From Zymomonas mobilis subsp. mobilis ATCC 10988 (GTDB taxonomy: Bacteria; Pseudomonadota; Alphaproteobacteria; Sphingomonadales; Sphingomonadaceae), in contig NC_017262.1 in the NCBI RefSeq assembly GCF_000175255.2, forward strand, positions 1,530,001-1,562,000: DNA of 32,000 nucleotides. Reading direction: 5' to 3'. Position numbers and translations under genes: made by a program. A model generated the notes under the pieces. The model did not search any database. It had not been told where the DNA came from and saw only the letters and a program-made list of their open reading frames with translations. Shown here piece after piece: positions 27,077 through 32,000 of this stretch (the first letter of the stretch is position 1; the number at the start of each line of letters is the position of its first letter).

Positions 27077-27916
27077 ATGGAATATGATTTCCAGCAAGTT
27101 GATGTTTTTACCTCTGGTAAATTTAAGGGAAATCCGGTCGCGGTTGTGGCTTCTGCCGATCATTTATCCACTGAAGAGATGCAAAGCTTTGCAAGATGGA
27201 TGAATTTGAGCGAGACGACTTTTTTATTAAAGCCAACCTCTCCTGATGCGGATTACCGATTACGGATTTTTACCCCGCGCGCCGAATTGCCCTTTGCTGG
27301 ACATCCTACTTTAGGGAGCTGTCATGCTTGGCTACAGGCTGGTGGTCGTCCGAAAAAGTCTATTATTATTCAGGAATGTCAGGCTGGACTGGTGCCTATT
27401 CGTCATGAAAATGACCGTTTAGCTTTTGCCGCACCGCCTTTAATCCGTTCTGGCGATTTGGATAAAGATCTGTTGGAAAAAATAGCCGCAGGGTTACGGA
27501 TTCCGCTTTCTTCTATTCAAGCATCGGCTTGGGTGGATAATGGCCCCGGATGGGCAGGGATTATGCTGAAATCCCGTGAAGAAGTTTTGGCTTTGGAACC
27601 TGATTATGCCTCTATGCCTGATCTCCGTTTCGGGGTGATTGGCGCATGGGATAGCGAGAAAGACGGAACAGACGCAGAATTTGAAGTGCGGGCTTTTGCT
27701 ATGGGATTAGGCGTTAACGAAGATCCCGTCTGCGGCAGTCTAAACGCCAGTATGGCACAATGGCTGATTGGAAGCGGTTTAGCCCCGAAAAACTATATTG
27801 TGAGCCAAGGCAGTCTTTTGGGACGGGATGGCCGGATCTATGTCGATCAGATTGGGGATAGCATTTGGATCGGTGGTGCCACGACATCGAATATAGTCGG
27901 TAAGTTACGGCTTTAA
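27077..27916 (+). CDS. PhzF-family (phenazine-biosynthesis-like / YddE-type) isomerase (279 aa)
   Basis: QVDVFTSGKFKGNPVAVV…LSETTFL…FTPRAELPFAGHPTLGS…EDPVCGS are typical PhzF-family blocks. Confidence 0.8.
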   Translation: MEYDFQQVDVFTSGKFKGNPVAVVASADHLSTEEMQSFARWMNLSETTFLLKPTSPDADYRLRIFTPRAELPFAGHPTLGSCHAWLQAGGRPKKSIIIQECQAGLVPIRHENDRLAFAAPPLIRSGDLDKDLLEKIAAGLRIPLSSIQASAWVDNGPGWAGIMLKSREEVLALEPDYASMPDLRFGVIGAWDSEKDGTDAEFEVRAFAMGLGVNEDPVCGSLNASMAQWLIGSGLAPKNYIVSQGSLLGRDGRIYVDQIGDSIWIGGATTSNIVGKLRL

Positions 27917-27984
27917 TCCCGTAGGATAAGAGACAATTTTAACCTGTAAAATCTGTTATTTTTCTGTCTTTTTTCCATCGCCAT

Positions 27985-28024
27985 AAAAAAAGGCATGCGC
28001 TGTTTCCAGCCCATGCCTTTTTCT
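27985..28024. terminator. Bidirectional rho-independent terminator between the PhzF-family gene and rpsA
   Basis: AAAAAA-AGGCATG-loop-CATGCCT-TTTTCTT. Confidence 0.7.
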
Positions 28025-28042
28025 TATTCGTTTCAGTAGAAA

Positions 28043-29749
28043 CTAGTTCTGCTGATCGCGAGCCTTGTTGAGGGCTGCACCAAGAATGTCACCCAAGGAA
28101 GCGCCAGAATCTGACGAACCATACTGAGCAACTGCTTCTTTTTCTTCTGCAACCTGCATTGCTTTGATGGAGAAGTTCGGCTTCTTCTGACGATCGAAAC
28201 CGATCACCATAGCATCGAGCTTCTGACCAGCCTGGAAGCGATCCGGACGCTGTTCGTCACGATCACGACCCAAGTCGCTGCGACGGATGAAGCCGATGGC
28301 ACCATCATCACCAGCCTGAACTTCCAAACCACCATCGGTGACAGCAAGAACGGTAACGGTGACAACCTGATTGCGCTGTAAAGAGCTACCTGCGTTGGCG
28401 GCGGGGACGTTACCACGTTCCAGCTGCTTCATACCAAGCGAGATGCGTTCTTTTTCAGGATCAACATCAAGAACGACAGCTTTAACAACTTCACCTTTGT
28501 GGTGGAGGCTCAAAGCTTCTTCACCGGACATACCCCAAGCGATGTCGGACATGTGAACCATACCATCAACATCATTGTCGAGACCGATGAACAGACCGAA
28601 TTCGGTGGAGTTCTTGACTTCGCCTTCAACGGTGGAGCCAACCGGATGAGCTTCGGCGAAGCTTTCCCACGGATTCGGCTGAGCCTGTTTCAGACCAAGG
28701 GAGATACGACGTTTTTCAGCATCGACTTCCAAAATGACAACTTCGACTTCCTGACTGGTGGAAACGATTTTGCCCGGATGAACGTTTTTCTTCGTCCATG
28801 ACATTTCGGAAACGTGAACCAGACCTTCGATGCCGGGTTCAAGTTCAACGAAAGCACCATATTCGGTGATATTCGTGACGCGACCCATGAATTTGGCACC
28901 GACCGGATATTTGGCACCAACGCCTTCCCACGGATCGGTTTCAAGCTGCTTCATGCCCAGCGAAATACGCTGTGTATCGCGGTTGATGCGGATGATCTGA
29001 ACCGTGACGCTGTCACCGATAGCGATCATTTCGCTCGGATGACCAACGCGACGATAGCTGAGGTCGGTTACATGCAACAGACCATCAATGCCGCCGAGAT
29101 CAACAAAGGCACCGTAGTCGGTGATGTTTTTGACAACACCGGTGATAACCTGACCTTCAGCCAAGGACTGGATCAGACCGGAACGCTGTTCTGCGCGGGT
29201 TTCTTCCAGAACGGCACGGCGGGATACCACGATATTCCCACGACGACGATCCATCTTTAAAATCTGGAAAGGCTGCGGAATGTCCATCAGAGGAGCAACA
29301 TCGCGTACCGGACGGATGTCAACCTGACTGCCGGGCAAGAAGGCAACTGCGCCGGAAAGGTCAACGGTAAATCCGCCTTTAACCCGTCCGAAGATAACGC
29401 CTTCAACGCGGCTGGAGTTAGCAAATTCAGCTTCCAGTTTATCCCATGCCGCTTCACGACGAGCGCGGTCACGGGAAAGCATTGCTTCACCCTGACTGTT
29501 TTCAACGCGGTCAACGAAAACTTCGACTTCGTCGCCGGCTTTCAATTCGGCTTTCTGACCGGGGGCTGCGAATTCGCGCAGCGGCACGCGGCCTTCAGAT
29601 TTCAGACCAACATCAATAACAGCCATGTCATTTTCAATAGCTGTGATGGTGCCTTTTACAACGCGTCCTTCAAAGCCTTCTTCTTCACCAAGCGTCTGGT
29701 TAAGCAATGCTGCAAAATCATCGCGAGTAGGATTTGCCATAGTGGCCAT
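28043..29749 (-). CDS. rpsA: 30S ribosomal protein S1 (568 aa)
   Basis: It contains six S1/OB repeats (…GFTVDL…AFLPGSQVD…, YGAFVDLGGIDGLLHVTD, YGAFVELEPGIEGLVHVSE, FGLFIGLDNDVDGMVHMSD…). Confidence 0.95.
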   Translation of the reverse strand: MATMANPTRDDFAALLNQTLGEEEGFEGRVVKGTITAIENDMAVIDVGLKSEGRVPLREFAAPGQKAELKAGDEVEVFVDRVENSQGEAMLSRDRARREAAWDKLEAEFANSSRVEGVIFGRVKGGFTVDLSGAVAFLPGSQVDIRPVRDVAPLMDIPQPFQILKMDRRRGNIVVSRRAVLEETRAEQRSGLIQSLAEGQVITGVVKNITDYGAFVDLGGIDGLLHVTDLSYRRVGHPSEMIAIGDSVTVQIIRINRDTQRISLGMKQLETDPWEGVGAKYPVGAKFMGRVTNITEYGAFVELEPGIEGLVHVSEMSWTKKNVHPGKIVSTSQEVEVVILEVDAEKRRISLGLKQAQPNPWESFAEAHPVGSTVEGEVKNSTEFGLFIGLDNDVDGMVHMSDIAWGMSGEEALSLHHKGEVVKAVVLDVDPEKERISLGMKQLERGNVPAANAGSSLQRNQVVTVTVLAVTDGGLEVQAGDDGAIGFIRRSDLGRDRDEQRPDRFQAGQKLDAMVIGFDRQKKPNFSIKAMQVAEEKEAVAQYGSSDSGASLGDILGAALNKARDQQN

Positions 29750-30015
29750 GCAGTTCTATATTCCTTGAGAAATTTTTCCGGCCATCCGGTTGTATCCGGA
29801 GGTCTTTTGGCCGAACCGCTATACAGGCCTCATACCTTGTATAGCATCGTTCATACAGCTTGCCTTAATAAGGCAACGATTGCAGATTTCAGGGTTACTC
29901 TAGTTCAAAAACCGACGGAAATAACGGTCAGCCTTTGACGCTTTCCAATAACCGCAGCATAAAACACGGCCAGCCCCGATCTTGATTCCGGCAAAAAATG
30001 ATTGCCGTTTTTCGA

Positions 30016-30648
30016 TCAGCCCTGCACCGTTTTTAGCTGTTTTTCTACAAGCGCCACTGCACGCTCGATGGCCATATCTATACCGAGTAAGCTTGAATCG
30101 AGCAAGTCCGCATCTTCAGCCTGTTTCAGCGGCGCTTCTTTTCGGCTACTATCCCGAAGATCGCGGCTTTTGATATCTTCCAGAATGATATCATAGGTTA
30201 AATCCGGATTATTTTTTACTAATTCGTCATAGCGTCTTTTTGCCCTAATTTCGGGCGATGCCGTGATAAATAGTTTGACATCCGCATCAGGAACAATGAC
30301 CGTTCCGATGTCCCGTCCATCAAGAACCGCGCCACCTGTTTGAGCCGCAAAATCGCGCTGTCTTTTAATTAAAGCCTGCCTGACTTTTGGAAAGACAGAG
30401 ATTTCTGAAGCCAGTTTTCCAGTTTGTTCACTGCGGAGTCGGGAATCAGACAACAGCGAGTCCGCAAAATCACAGGCAGACAGAGCATCAGATTCACGGC
30501 TGGAATCGCCTTGGTTATCCAAGAGTGAGACGGCAACCGCGCGATAAAGCAAACCGGTATCGAGATAGGGAAGGGCATAATGCCGTGCCAAAGCGCGGGC
30601 AACGGTGCCTTTCCCAGAAGCGGCAGGTCCATCTATCGCAATAATCAT
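30016..30648 (-). CDS. cmk: Cytidylate kinase (210 aa)
   Basis: MIIAIDGPAASGKGT (P-loop) and LDTGLLYRAV are present. An ATGA overlap links it to the aroA stop, in the conserved aroA-cmk-rpsA order. Confidence 0.9.
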   Translation of the reverse strand: MIIAIDGPAASGKGTVARALARHYALPYLDTGLLYRAVAVSLLDNQGDSSRESDALSACDFADSLLSDSRLRSEQTGKLASEISVFPKVRQALIKRQRDFAAQTGGAVLDGRDIGTVIVPDADVKLFITASPEIRAKRRYDELVKNNPDLTYDIILEDIKSRDLRDSSRKEAPLKQAEDADLLDSSLLGIDMAIERAVALVEKQLKTVQG

Positions 30649-32000
30649 TTTACAAGCCCCATTTCGAATTCAGCGCCCAATTCTTTGAATAGCTGACCAA
30701 AGACCGGAAAACTGGTCATGATCGGACGGCGATCATCGATCGTGACCCCACCTTCGGAAACAAGACCGGCTACCGCAAAACTCATGGCAATCCGATGATC
30801 GAGATGTGCAGCGATGGATACCATTTTGCCTTTTTGACCAAGGCCTTCACCCGCTGAGCCTTCGATAATCAGGCCGTCTTCTTTTTCTTCCAAAGAAACG
30901 CCCAAGGCTTTTAGACCTTCTGCCATCACGGCAATACGGTCAGATTCTTTGACCCGTAATTCAGCGAGACCTTGCAGCGTGCTTTTACCTTCTGCCATGG
31001 CAGCGGCGATAAACAGAATGGGGAATTCATCAATCATCGACGGCACAATCGAAGGCGGCACGTCGATAGCCTTTAAATGAGAATATTTAACCGAAAGATC
31101 AGCAACAGGTTCACCGCCAACTTCTCGTGGATTGAGATATTCGATTTGACCGCCCATGGCTTTTAACATGGTATAGAGACCAGAACGGGTCGGGTTAAGG
31201 CCAACATTTTCAACAATCAGATCAGACCCCGGAACAATAAGTCCCGCTACGACCAGAAAAGCCGCTGAGGAGGGGTCACCCGGCACTATAATATGCTGTG
31301 GTTTTAACTCGGCTTCGCCATGGATAGAGATAATCCTGACACCGTCATTTTCTTCGACCGAAAGATTGGCACCATAGCCTTTTAACATCCGTTCGCTATG
31401 GTCACGAGTCGGCACGGGTTCAATAACGCGGGTGATGCCCGGCGTATTCAAACCTGCCAGTAATATTGCTGATTTCACCTGTGCAGATGCAACCGGTAGG
31501 CGATATTCAATCGGGATCGCCGGATAAAGGCCGGTAACCGTCATCGGCAAGCGATTGCCTTCTGCCGCTGAAAAACGCGCCCCCATCAGAGAAAGCGGGG
31601 TTGAAATACGTCCCATTGGTCTTTTGGATAAAGAAGCATCCCCGATAAAGGTCGCCGTAATGGGATGGGAAGCGACAACTCCCATCAATAAACGGGTAGA
31701 GGTACCTGAATTACCCATATCCAAAGCCTTCTGCGGCTGTAAAAGACTTCCGACACCGACACCATGAATATGCCAGCATCCTTTTTCATCTTTTCGAATA
31801 TCCGCGCCCATAGAACGCATCGCTTCGGCTGTTGCCAGAACGTCTTCGCCTTCCAACAGGCCTTCTACAAAACTTTCACCAACCGCCAAGGCAGACAGCA
31901 TCAACGCCCGATGGGAAATTGATTTGTCACCAGGGACATGCACCTTGCCGGAAAGCGGCGGAGCCTTGCGACTAACAAGCGGGCAAGCGTGAACAGGACG
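30645..32000 (-). CDS. aroA: 3-phosphoshikimate 1-carboxyvinyltransferase (EPSP synthase), 5' end outside the window
   Basis: …GKVHVPGDKSISHRALMLSALA…, LDMGNSGTSTRLL and RVKESDRI are present. The frame stays open upstream of the track start (31943) to position 32000 (RPVHACPLVSRKAPPLSGKV…), so the true start lies beyond the window. Confidence 0.9.
   Translation of the reverse strand, partial: RPVHACPLVSRKAPPLSGKVHVPGDKSISHRALMLSALAVGESFVEGLLEGEDVLATAEAMRSMGADIRKDEKGCWHIHGVGVGSLLQPQKALDMGNSGTSTRLLMGVVASHPITATFIGDASLSKRPMGRISTPLSLMGARFSAAEGNRLPMTVTGLYPAIPIEYRLPVASAQVKSAILLAGLNTPGITRVIEPVPTRDHSERMLKGYGANLSVEENDGVRIISIHGEAELKPQHIIVPGDPSSAAFLVVAGLIVPGSDLIVENVGLNPTRSGLYTMLKAMGGQIEYLNPREVGGEPVADLSVKYSHLKAIDVPPSIVPSMIDEFPILFIAAAMAEGKSTLQGLAELRVKESDRIAVMAEGLKALGVSLEEKEDGLIIEGSAGEGLGQKGKMVSIAAHLDHRIAMSFAVAGLVSEGGVTIDDRRPIMTSFPVFGQLFKELGAEFEMGLVK

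Overview
This 32 kb window looks like an alphaproteobacterial chromosome. From memory, the gene order and the very AT-rich intergenic DNA resemble the Zymomonas mobilis nif-rnf region, but I could not verify that here.

Window layout:
- Positions 1-20.5 kb form a nitrogen-fixation island. It holds nifHDK (minus strand), a nifB-fdxN-nifZ-nifT operon plus a SIR2-like gene (minus strand), nifA (minus strand) and rnfABCDGEH (plus strand). Three monocistronic TonB-dependent receptor genes with Fur-like boxes sit among them.
- Three sigma-54 (-24/-12) promoters, each with an upstream TGT-N10-ACA NifA site, can be read directly in front of nifH, nifB and rnfA.
- Positions 20.5-32 kb are housekeeping genes: an acetyltransferase, a HAD phosphatase, an APC permease, tRNA-Leu, ihfB, a PhzF-family gene, rpsA, cmk and aroA.

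Most notable observations:
1. An 847-bp IS5-family (IS427-like) element with a TA target duplication is inserted inside the C-terminal helix-turn-helix of nifA. It splits the gene, and the reading frame is restored exactly when the IS and one TA copy are removed.
2. The tRNA-Leu(UAA) gene is interrupted in its anticodon loop by a 216-nt group I (IC3-like) intron. This kind of gene is classically cyanobacterial or plastid.
3. A degenerate SIR2-like protein is translationally coupled to nifT.
4. An extended conserved module lies upstream of the NifA sites of nifH and rnfA.

No CRISPR arrays or rRNA genes were seen. Every call rests on reading the sequence and recalling family motifs; no database search was possible.
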